DNA of 64,000 bases, from positions 35,402,001 through 35,466,000 of the forward strand of contig CAIIXF020000001.1 in NCBI GenBank assembly GCA_903813345.2. The letters run 5' to 3'. Shown here one piece after another: positions 24,597 through 37,100 of the stretch. This DNA comes from Owenia fusiformis (Eukaryota). Numbering within the stretch: position 1 is the first letter of the stretch; each line of letters opens with the position of its first letter. A program made the translations under genes and the position numbers. The notes beneath the pieces are model-generated. The model had not been told where the DNA came from, ran no database searches, and saw only the letters and a program-made list of their open reading frames with translations.

Positions 24597-26277
24597 TATT
24601 ATTATGTCCTCACCACATAGTGTGGGGCCATATTGTCGGCCTAGGCGCGTCCGTCCGTCCGTCTGTCCGTCCGTCTGTCCTTCCGTCCGTCTGTCCGTCC
24701 GTACGTCCGGGAGTTTTCTCCAAAACCGCTACAGATATCACCTTCAAATTTTCAGGGATAACTTATGAGTGCATACAGATGTGGATGAAAAAAAATTAAC
24801 TCGATACCTACTTCCTGTCGGCCATTTTGAAGTCAAATGCTAAAATCCTTGTCTGCAAACTTTAAGAAAAACGGCTTCACAGTTGCTTTTAAAACTTTAA
24901 CATCTTGTTCAGCTCACTTCATTCTAGATCTGATTAGGTTTTGGACCTGTTAGCTCAGTCATGTCAGCCATTTTGAATGTCTTAAGAAAAGTTAAGAGCA
25001 CGATAATACTTTGTATCATATTGAATGGTGTTTTTGAGTTTTCATATTCTAACTATTTAGAAGCTTTATAAATAATTTCAGATGTACTTTGTTGTTAAAG
25101 CCTATGTTGTTGTTAACAGTATTTATATGTGATAATTTTGTAAAAAGAAATCAGCAAAAACTCATGATCACTTTTTTATTGTCAGCCATTTTGAATTTTT
25201 CCGTCCTAAAATCTTGTCTGTGGAGTCTTGTCTACGTGTTTTCAGGTGAACCGTTTGGTGGATCAATTCTTGATTTTCAGGGATGATTCTTAGTATAAAT
25301 CTAGATCTGATTAGTTTTTTGGCATTCTGGGTAAATGTCAAGGCAGCCATTTTGGATTTTCCGTCCTAAAATCTTGTCTGTAAAGTCTTGTCTACGCGTT
25401 TTCAGGTGAACTGTTTGGTAGATCAATTTCAATTTTTCAGGGATGATCCTTAATATGAAAATGTACAACTGATTAGTTTTTTGGCATTCTGGGTAATTGT
25501 CAAGGCAGCCATTTTGGATTTTCCGTCCTAAAATATTGTCTGTAAAGTCTTGTCTACGCATTTCCAGGTGAACAGTTCTGTAGATCAATTTCAAATTTTC
25601 AGGGATGATTCTTAGAATGAAAACCTAGATCTGATTAGTATTTGGGCATTCTGGGTAAATGCCAAGGCAGCCATTTTGGATTTTCCGTCCTAAAATCTTG
25701 TCTGTAGAGTTTTGTCTACGCATTTCCCGGTGAACCGTTTGGTAGATCAATTTCAAATTTTCAGGTATGATTCTTAATATGAAAATCTAGATCTGATCAG
25801 TTTTTTGGCATTCTGGATAAATGTCAAGGCAGCCATTTTGGATTTTCCGTCTTAAAATCCTGCCTGTAAAGTCTTGTCTATGCGTTTTTAGGTGAACCGT
25901 TTTGTAGATCAATTTCAAATTTTCAGGGATGATTCTTAGTATGAAAATCTAGATCTGATTAGTTTTTTGGCATTCTGGATAAATGCCAAGGCAGCCATTT
26001 TGGATTTTCCGTCTTAAAATCCTGCCCGTAAAGTCTTGTCTACGCGTTTTTAGGTGAACCGTTTTGTAGATCAATTTCAAATTTTCAGGGATGATTCTTA
26101 GTATGAAAATCTAGATCTGATTAGTTTTTTGGCATTCTAGGTAAATTTTAAGGTGGCCATTTTGGATTTTCCGTCATCAAATTGTGTCGGTAAAGTCTTG
26201 TCTACTCATTTTTAGGATAACCATTTGACAGGATCACCCATAGGTGGGGACATTTTGTACACATTTGTGTTCTTGTT
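24597..26277 (+). mobile_element. HINE-like element, family B, full copy with 162-bp tandem array
   Basis: 5' subTIR and hairpin, (GTCC/GTCT)n at 24649-24708, about six 162-bp units (25180-26220), ggtggggacat and 3' hairpin ending cttgtt. Confidence 0.85.
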
Positions 26278-26566
26278 AGTTTTTATGATGGTCTCGGGTA
26301 CAACCAGACAAGGACATTTTCTCAATCCACACTATATGTTGACTTGTCTATTTTTTAGGGTGAAAATGTTCGTCTTGAGAAACTATATTGTTTTACTCCC
26401 TGGAGAACTTGGAGAAGCTAACCAAGAATACCAATACTTCTGGAGGAACAAAAACTTGCCATAACATGCCTAGTCTCTCTGTTATAACATCCTAATCATA
26501 AAAACATTCTCTGAGAGGAGACACTTTTCCACTGCTGTATCAGAAGTGGATGTAACCTAGGCAACC

Positions 26567-29187
26567 ATGGGAGTCAGGTCTAGCAAGGTGAAACAGAATG
26601 AACTCTATGATGCACTCCTGGAGAGAGACATTGAGGCTATATCCACACTAATGGCAGATGGAGTCAATCCAAACTTCATACTAAAGAATACACGTGAGTG
26701 GAATAGATATTATTGTATTTTGACTTTATCTAATACTAAGTGTTGAGGCATATGAGCCAAATAAGGAAACAGGAGTATAAAAATCTGACAAAAAACTGTT
26801 AGAACACTAACATAATACACTATGCATTATATTTCTTTCAGTTCATCCAATAGAAGATGGTGGTTTAGATGAACATGATGGTATGACTCCATTGATATTC
26901 ACAATACACACTCACCATGTGAATATGACCAGGTAAACTCATTGAGCCCTATGGACAAAGACAGTATGTAGGTACACTATGTATTTCCTAACAAGGGTAT
27001 TTAAGGGGAGAGGTCATGTTCACACCTTCCGACTGTCCCGCAATTTCCTGATTATTGTCAAACAAAACTATTTCTGTAGAAAAACATCAAAAAATGATCG
27101 CCGATATAGCAAAAAAACAAACGCCAAAAAATGAACGCATTTCGTTCTGACTTTTCACCGGATACCGGATATGTCACACATTTTCCTCAAAATATTTCGT
27201 ACCTACCCCCCTAAAGGTGTTCAACATTTGTAAGTCACTCATGTTAGGTGTTCCCAAGTTGACAGGCCTTCATGTTTTAACTAACTTTTAGAAGAAAACA
27301 TGCCACAGACCACATTTATTATTGCCTTTGGTGAATTTGTGTGACATCAAGACTTTTAAAAGGCATTTGAATGTAAAATAGAATCAATAATTTCGAGACC
27401 AAAAAACCTAATATGGATGATAAAGATCAAGAAATAGTATAGAGAGTGCCCCACAATATACACATTTTTATTAACATTGTAGATTGTTGCTTGAAAATGG
27501 TGCAAAAGTTGACTATGCCAGTTCTGTAATGTATGAGCGCAGTACAAACATTAATTTACCAATACATAAAGCTGTTGAAGAGAACCAGACCCACATTCTG
27601 GAAATGTTGATTAATCATGGTGCAGATGTAAATTCCCAGACCAGGATTAGGCTGTACACACCATTACATGTGATTTGTAGGCAGCATCATGAGCGGTACA
27701 ACAGAAAACAGCAACGTAAGGCTAATACAATATTATACATGTAGGTTTTGCTATGTACCTAAATTGTTGCTGGTCTTGTTGATATTACACATAGGCATTG
27801 TTAAGACCTTTACCCAATTTATTGGTTTGATACAGCAAGATGGAATGTAGGATCCCAAATCAATTTTACTCTGTTCAAGCCCCGAATGCAAGATTATCTA
27901 CATTGTCCTTTTTCAATTTGTAATCAAACAATTTTTGTTCTTTCACCACCAACTTTAGTTAATTCAGCATCAGCTTTTGTTAATTCACAATCAGCTTTTG
28001 TTAATTCACCATCAGCTTTTGTTAATTCACCATCAGCTATATTACTTTAAATTCAGATGATGTAAAGTGGACGGTACATGGGTTACTAGCTAATGGTGCA
28101 GATGTGAATCTGGAGGACAAGTTTGGCAGCATCCCCTTACACTATGCTGTACAGGTAACTGACTCCTAATACTACTGTAGGTATCTTATCCTTAACACTA
28201 CACTTAGTATGGTATAATCTCTCCACTAATCCACTTGCAAGATTGGTGACCCTTGGTATAACAACAGAGCAAACCATTATAGGAAGTAAAAGGCAAACAT
28301 TTAACACAGATCTTTGATTATTTGAGTTTAATTCTCACCGGAATTCTTTATTTCAGAAACAGAAAACCGAGCTCATTGAGACACTCTTAGATGCAGGAAG
28401 TGACATCACTCATGAGAATCTGCTAGGAATGACGCCAATCATGAACCTTTTACGCTACAAACCAGAAGGAACATATTATACTTTGCAGAAGCTAATAAAT
28501 CGAGACCCATCTTCAGTTAGACGTGTTTCTAAATCTGGTGAGACATTACTCAGCGCCCTGCTACTTAATCCTAGTCACCATCACCCTTGTAGACACACAT
28601 TTACCTATGATATGTATGAGAATTCTGAAAAAGATGGGCCGTATAGATGTTTGGAGTATTTGTTAGATAGTGGAGCAGATGCCAATGAGGTATATGAGAT
28701 TGGATTGACTCCTTTATGGATGGCTATTTTGGAGAATAATCAGCCAAATATGATCAAATGTTTAGTTGTTCACCATGCTAATATAGACTATACATTTAAT
28801 AAGCTCTGCTCTAATGCGGGGATCATGCTAACAATGACACCACTTATGTATTGTCTGGACACAAGCGATTTTGCAACCGCAAAGTTTCTTATTGAATCTG
28901 GTGCTGACACAAGTTATTTCTGGCAGTGTAATGTCCTCACAAATCAGCTGAGGAGACACTTCAACGCATATTTAATGCAGAAATATCTTGATGAAGAGGC
29001 AGCGATGATAAAATCTCTTCAACTACTATGTAGAGCAAAAATAAGGAGATGTCTTGGGAAGAATTTGAAGAATGTGTTTAAGTTGCAATTCCCTAAAAGA
29101 CTCCAAACTTACATATTTAACAATTTCTCAATACCAATAAAGCATAATAAAGAGTCTGGAAGTATGTTTGAAAACAATCATTTGTAA
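26567..29187 (+). CDS. Ankyrin repeat and SOCS box (ASB-like) protein, 459 aa
   Basis: Exons 26567-26693, 26842-26932, 27483-27715, 28057-28154, 28357-29187 (1380 nt, GT-AG, in phase). Ankyrin motifs GMTPL, YTPLH, GSIPLHYAV, GADVN; C-terminal SOCS box SLQLLCRAKIRRCL...LQFPKRLQTYI. Confidence 0.9.
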
Positions 29188-29501
29188 AATAATACACAAA
29201 TGCAAGTTTCGTATCACATTAGAAATCATTAATTAGTTGGTCAACATTTACTTTTCTTTCATTAGATATTAGTTCCAAATTCCTAAGACCCTGAGGATGA
29301 CAATTATAAGTGTCTTGGTATTTCTAAGGCAACATCTGATGTTAAGCTTTGTACCATAAAACCCCAAAATGTCATATGATGGCAATAAATTATGGCCCAA
29401 CGAATCTCAATTTCTCCACAAAATAACCTTGATCCTTTTAGTATTCTACTTTAAGGCCAATAAACTTAATCCATTATTTTTTCTTGAAGGGATTACCTTG
29501 A

Positions 29502-30212
29502 AAGGAGCATGTAGGTTATCGCAAACAATTTCAAACGATTCTAACTTAAATTATGAATATTTTCTGATCATGAACATGGGTGTATCTTTTAGTTCCATTC
29601 ATTATCTTCAAGATAAGTATATATAATGATAATTTAGTTAATCAGACCTAAGTGATATTGAAGGGGCAATGGACCAATCAACATACTTTTTCAAAAATGT
29701 TGACCTAATTTTCACCAAAAATGCAACCTATTATTATATTGTTGAATGCATAATTAGAATGTGCTTTGAGACATGTTCGATTTCCTAAAAGGAAAATTTG
29801 ATTGCTCCAGGAACTTCAAAGATATTCAATTTGGATGACCAAAATGAACTGAAACCAATGGATAGCATGAGATTTTTCAATGTAATAACATGGGGAACAC
29901 ATAATGCAATTAAGTTTTTCTCTCAAGAACTATTTGATACATCAAAATAAAGAATAGTAATGCATTAAACATTGTAAAAAATGATTGCATTTTTGGTGAA
30001 AATGGGGTAAACATCTTTGAAAAAGTGTGTTGATGGGTTAATTGCTAGTTAAATATCTCCGAGTTTGTTTGAATTTATTATTACTGTGCATAATTTTCTT
30101 TGGGATAATGAATTGATCTAAAAGATACACTTGTCTTCATTGTCAGAAAATAGCTGAGTCATAATCCAAGATATAACCTTCTGAAATTGTTTGCGATAAC
30201 CCAAGTGCTCCT
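29502..30212. mobile_element. Palindromic MITE (Kolobok-like AGGAGCA termini, decayed)
   Basis: aggagcatgtaggttatcgcaaacaatttca versus tgaaattgtttgcgataacccaagtgctcct; inverted similarity continues for about 220 bp; no clean TTAA remains. Confidence 0.65.
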
Positions 30213-31169
30213 TTTGATTAGTGCTCCAGAGGTATGTTATACCATGAGCACAATATGTTGATCATCTTATAAGTGAATCTAGCTAGATAAAGTCTTAAAT
30301 GCAAGCTCTGTGAAATGTTAAACCCACTCCCTTGTGTACATCAAGATGACGGAATGATGGGTCCATTTGTGTTTTCTTGTCGCACTTTAAAAATGGGCTA
30401 TATTGTCATTTTTGTGCCTATTGTCATCAAAATTCCTTGAAAACCTGTTAAACAGATGCAAGCGCAGACTAGTGCCAGGATTTGGTTAAGTTTTAGGCAT
30501 GCCAGGTTTCCGAGTGATTTTTAATTTAGTGCCAACAACTGATTAGGTGTTGAACATGCTGGATATATTATTATCACTCTGTGTCTAGTCTTACTTGTAA
30601 GACAATTTCCAATATTGCCCTGATCAGAAACAAAGGATTTAGGTCCAATGGCCTAACGAATCCTAAGTAATAATTTTATTTTACTATGCAATACACATAC
30701 ACTGTATTGATAAAAATAACTTTTTATGGTTTATATGTATTTTATTTATATTTGTGCTATGTACAATGTACAGATATATTTATTTAATTTAATAAAGTAT
30801 TACATTATAGAATACAAAAGTTTAGTTGGTACATATGATTTTAAATAAGTTTCACAGAAGTGTTAAATGGCTATTGTTGCAGAGTTGTCCAAAGTGCTAA
30901 CTGCCTTTTTAATCTTCGATAACATTTACATATTAAATTGGACACTTAATTACTGATGTGGAGGAACACTGTAAAATGAGGTTTTGCACAAATGAAATGA
31001 GTTTTGACATATAAATATTTAATAAATTAAAAATTGTGAGAACATATTTTACAAAACTTACTCAATTTACAGTAATTTTCTACAGTTCCATATGAAATAG
31101 AATCAATCTTGTTCAATTTCTATTTCCAAATTTGTATCAACATTGACAGTCCATTATAATTTATTAATG

Positions 31170-34100
31170 CTAACACGATTCAACTCCTTCCAAAGCTTTG
31201 TCCATATCCTCTGCACTGAGTATAATATCATCAAAACTTTCATCCTGGGTTGAAGGCTGGGTACTACATTGTGTACTGGGGGTATTGGGGGTTGCCTTTA
31301 TGGGCAAAAATGATTTACTCCTTTGACTCTTAGGTGTCTCAGTTGAGCCTAAAAGAATAGAAGTTTCCATAAGTATATTACTATTTATGTGCATAAATTC
31401 ATTTTTATTCTGAACGACCGACCTGACATCTTTACATAAATCTATAATGTACTTGTATTAGTGAGTTCCGTCATGCGCAGTTAGAAAATTAAAAATTTAC
31501 CCAAGCCCTCCTACCCTTGTATTATCTATTATGAATCATGCTTCACGAGGGGGCGGTTATTCTAGTACTCAATGTATATGTATTTGAGTTTTACGATTAC
31601 TTAATAAACCGTTTTAGCCCAGAATATTCTTGTCTAGTTGTATGTTTATAAGTGAAGAGTAAATGTATTATATACAATGATATGTACTTACGAATAGGTA
31701 TTCTTGAAACCTATCTTTTATGCGCAAGATTCATAGAGATGAAGAATTGCTGAGGTATTTGGGATATCACCCTCTTTGTATTTACTCACCTTCCTTTGAT
31801 ACTCCACTTTCAATCCTCACACTCTCCTCATAGTATTGATTTGGGTGGTTAGGGGAGAAGTCAACCAAGTCATGTTTTGGGTGTGTTACTTCAAAATATT
31901 TCCCGCATGCCAGTTGGTAGTGTCCTCTTTTGACAAAGTCACTGATCTGTAATAGATAAATTGAAATTAAAAAGATAAAAAAAAGTGTATTAACCAGAAC
32001 AACGGCAACGCCAAAGCGTAGCGAATCCCATCGAACAGAAATGGCTGGCATTTTTACAAACAAAATATATAGCAAATATCATAAAACAACACACCACAAA
32101 GGCCACCATTTTCAAAATGGCTGCTCACTAGCCAAGTTGTCATCAGAAGAAATAATATGCTTTTAAGAAGCCACCTATAAAATTTTTGAAAAATCGCACA
32201 CATGGCCCCATTTTAACGTAATTTACTATAACTTGAAAAGTAGTGAAGCGATTTTGTTCATATTTGATTTGTGAATACTCATGAGCCTTGCACACTTGTC
32301 TCATGACTATGCTTATAGTATTCACATACCAAATATGAACAAAATCGCTCCACTACTTTTCCAGTTATAGTAAAAACGTTAAAATGGCGGCCATTTTTCA
32401 AAATGGCCACCTTCTACCAAAAGTGTCTTTAGACAGTGTGCAATGTTTATAGTATTCACATACCAAATATGAACAAAATCGCTCTACTACTTTTCGAGTT
32501 ACAGCAAAAATCGTAAAATAACGAGAAAAGGCCGCCGTTTTTCAAGATGGCTGCCATGTGCTTTTTTAATATCTACATTAGTAGCTTTATTAATGTCCTT
32601 TTAGTGCTGTCCCCAGCTCTGATTTCGGTGATCGGCTAGTATAAAAGGTTTGAGGGTATCATTTTGTTCCAGACACTCGCTAGAGTAAATTATCTTAACT
32701 TGAGTAAAAATGTGTGGTAAGTAAATTCGCTATGGGCAGTTAAAGAGGCGCCATCTATTCATTTTCAAACAGGGGGTAGGGGTATAAAATAATTTTTAAC
32801 ACATTTTAATAGTAAAATGACATTGTAATACTAATAAAATCTTATCAAAAACATTATTTACAATCAGTATGAATTTTCTTGTGTGGATTAGGGTGAAAAT
32901 AAGGGCATATCTTGAAATTCACTACAGGGGCGCCACCTATTTTCGTACTTCTACCACGTGTAATAACTTATTTTAGATTTGTTAAGGTACGAAATGTACT
33001 GAAAAAAATCATTCTAAATGACCTATATATGTTCATACCACATACTTAAAATTGGATCAATAGCTTATTTACCGGGGGAGAAAAAAATTATTGAAATTTA
33101 AAGTTGTGGCATCATGCAGGATAGGGGTGACCATATCTCACATGATTAACTTCCAAAATATGGAGCATATGTATCTCAAATGTGGTCAAAATGGTGTATG
33201 TACTCTTGCTTTGTCATAATATTACTAATAAGAAGTAGAAAAATGATTGTACAATTTCAAAAAATATTAATTCTCATTTTGGCTTCTGACGTCCCAGGGG
33301 TGACCATATCTCACCTTGATAACTTCCAAAATATGGAGCATATGTATCTCAAATGTGCTCGAAATGGTGTATGCACTCTTGCTTTGTCATAATATTACTA
33401 ATAAGAAGTAAAAAAAAATGATTGTACATTTAAAAAAATATTAATTCTCATTTTGGCTTCTGACGTTCGAGGGGTGACCATATCTCACCTTAATAACTTC
33501 CAAAATATGGAGCATTTGTATCTCAAATATGCACAAAATGGTGTATATAGTCTTGTCTTGTCATAATATTACTAATAAGATGTAGGAAAATGATTGCTCA
33601 TTTTTAAAAATATTAATTCTCATTTTGGCTTCTGACGTCCCAGGGGTGACCATATCTCACCTTAATAACTTCCAAATTATGGAGCATATGTATCTCAAAT
33701 GTACTCAAAATGGTGTATGTACTCTTGCTTTGTCATAATATTATACTAATAAGAAGTAGGAAAATGATTATACATTTAAAAAATTTTAATTTTAGCTTCT
33801 GACGTCCCTGAATAACTTCTAAAATTATGTAACATATACAACTCAAATATACCAAAAATGGGGCATATAGTCTTGCTTTGTCATAATGCTATTCATGAGA
33901 TGTAAAAAAATTATTACACCTTTTTTTAATTGAAATTTTCATTTTAGCTTCTGAATCTGACATCCCAGGGGCAATTATATCTCACTTTGATATAACTCTC
34001 ACGATATGCATTATATGCATCTCAAATGCGTGCCCAAAATGGTATAAATATAGTCTTGTTTTGTCATATTTATTGGATTTATGAAATCAGAAGTTCAGAA

Positions 34101-37100
34101 TTTATGGATTTGACTGTCTCCCCTGAAGGGTGCAGCTACATATAGCCCAGAGACAATAAGATCTACTTTCAAATATTTGCATCTTCTCCCCAAACACTCC
34201 TTATATTACAGGAACAATGGACGATAAGTCTTTTGCATGCCTTGGATGCAACATCTTTTGTATACTGGTAGCCTATCAGTAGTGTGAGTAGCCTAGCCTC
34301 ATTTACAAAAATTGGCCCCTTAACCCCAAATCTGACCCGAAATTTTGAAAACATCCTGAAAAATTAGGCCTAAAAGGCGCATTTATGCCCAAACATACAC
34401 CAAACTGTCCCACTGCTAAATTACAAGGGCGATAAGTCACTTCTAATCCTGATTGACCTTCTCAATGCATGGTTTGTCATGTTGTGCTATATTGTTATTG
34501 CCCATTCTCAACAATTGTATTCACTGTATGGCCTACCGTGCCAAGAATAATGCAATTGTTCCAAAAGCTAAGCTCTTCTTTGGGACCCTAGAAGTGTGGG
34601 ACATCACAATCATAGATTAATATTTCATTACAATCAATGTATGTTGTATGACAAACATGCAAACTAGAGAATGTTAATGTGGCTAGAAAGATTTATCATT
34701 ACAAAGAGCTCATTTTCCCATATTTTACATACTCAAAATCCCTTAATTCAGTGTATAATCCAAGGTGCATATATTGCAGGCCACAGGATAACATATTAAC
34801 ACCTTACATTAGCAGTTGCCATTACTTCATAAATGGAGTAAAATACTCCCACTATCGACAGGCTAAAAGGATTCCTGTATGGATTACAAAAGATGTTGGG
34901 TCCAATGTATGCAAGGGAATAATCTCATCCATTGTACTTGTAAAGGGTGTTTGGGGAGCAGATGCAAATATTTGAAAGCAGATATTATTTGCCCTGAATT
35001 ATATGTAGCTGTAGAGGAGACAGTCAAAATCCATTGATTCTGATCTGTTGATTTCATGATTCTCAATAAATATGACAAAACAAGACCATTTTGAGCACAC
35101 ATTTGAGATGCATATGTTGCATATCGTGAGAGTTATCAAGGTGAGATAGCCCCTGAGACACCAGAGGCTAAAATTAAAATTTAAAAAAATGCAATCATTT
35201 TTCTTCATTTCTTTAGTAATATGAAAAAGACAGGACTTTTCTGAGAATATTTGAGGATTATATGTTACGTATCTTAGAAGATAATTATATGATGCGATAT
35301 GATTACCCTGGAACGTAAGAAGCTAAAATTAAAATTTTTGAAATGTATAATCACTTTTCTACTTCTTATTAGTAATAGTATGACAAAGCAAGAGTGCATA
35401 CACCTTTTTGAGTACATTTGAGATACATAATGCTCCATATTTTGGAAGTTATTAATGTGAGATATGGTCGACCCTGGGATGTCAGAAGCCAAAATGAGAA
35501 TCAATATTATTTTAAATGTACAATTATTTTTTTTTACTTCTTATTAGTAATATTATGACAAAGCAAGAGTACATTCACCATTTTGAGCACATTTGAGATA
35601 CATATGCTCCATATTTTGGAAGTTATCAAGGTGAGATATGGTCACCCATAGGACGTCAGAAGCCAAAATGAGAATCAATATTTTTAAAAATGTACAATCA
35701 TTTTTCTACTTCTTATTAGTAATATTATGACAAATCAAGAGTACATACACCATTTTGAGTACATTTGAGATACATATGCTCCATATTTTGGAAGTTATTA
35801 AGGTGAGATATGGTCACGCCTGGGACGTCAGAAGCCAGAATGAGAATCAATATTTTTTAAATGTACAATCATTTTTCTACTTCTTATTAGTAATATTATG
35901 ACAAAGCAAGAGTACATACACCATTTTGAGTACATTTGAGATACATATGCTCCATATTTTGGAAGCTATTAAGGTGAGATATGGTCACCCCTGGGACGTC
36001 AGAAGCCAAAATGAGAATTAATATTTTTTAAAATGTACAATCATTTTTCTACTTCTTATTAGTAATATTATGACAAAGCAAGAGTACATACGCCAATTTG
36101 AGTACATTTGAGATACATATGCTCCATATTTTGGAAGTTAATAATGTGAGATATGGTCACCCCTATCCTGCATGATGCCACAATTTTAAATTTCAATAAT
36201 TTTTTTCTCCGACAGTACGAAAGCTATTGATCCAATTTTAAGTATGTGATATGAACATATATAGGTCCTTCAGAATGATTTTTTTCAGTACATTTCATAC
36301 CTTAACAAATCTAAAATAAGTTATTACACGTGGTAGAAGTATGAAAATAGGTGGCGCCCCTGTAGTGAATTTCAAGATATGCCCTTATTTTCACCCTAAT
36401 CCACACAAGAAAATTCATACTGATTGTAAATAATGTTTTTGATAAGATTTTATTAGCACTTCAATGTCATTTTACTATTGAAATGTGTTAAAAATTATTT
36501 TATACCCCTACCCCCTGTTTGAAAATGAATAGATGGCGCCTCTTTAACTGCCCATAGCGAATTTACTTACCACACATTTTTACTCAAGTTAGGATAATTT
36601 ACTCTAGAGAGTGTCTGGAACAAAATGATACCCTCAAACCTTTTATACTAGCCGATCACCGAAATCGGAGCTGGGGACAGCATCATTTATAATTTTTTTA
36701 CATTTAAAACATATTGCTATTACAGTTTTACATATTGCACCTAAATTACTGTAAAATCGGCACTAAAATTTTGAAAATCAGCTTTCGAGCAGAACTTCTA
36801 CCCCCATAGGGTATATGTGTACAAAATATGAACAAAATCGGGCCAACGGTATTTGAGTTATTGCCCGGACGGACGGACGTACGTACGTACGGACGACGGA
36901 CGGACGTACGTACGGACGGACGGACGGACGCATTCCCTATATCCCTCCGAACTTCGTTCGATGGGATAAAAACAGTCAAATGAGGGCTGCAAGACCAGGA
37001 ATTCGTTACTCTATCTTTGAAGAAGAAAGGGGTTTTAAATGATGTGTCAGTGATTGTTCATTAAAAAATTAGGTATAAAATTAATGCTTGTTATAATAAT

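Noticed and set aside
32602..32606. CACTA/EnSpm assignment for the foldback element (3-bp TSD, TAGTG)
   Set aside because: TAGTG is at the 5' end, the wrong orientation for CACTA, and the other three termini read TGATG.
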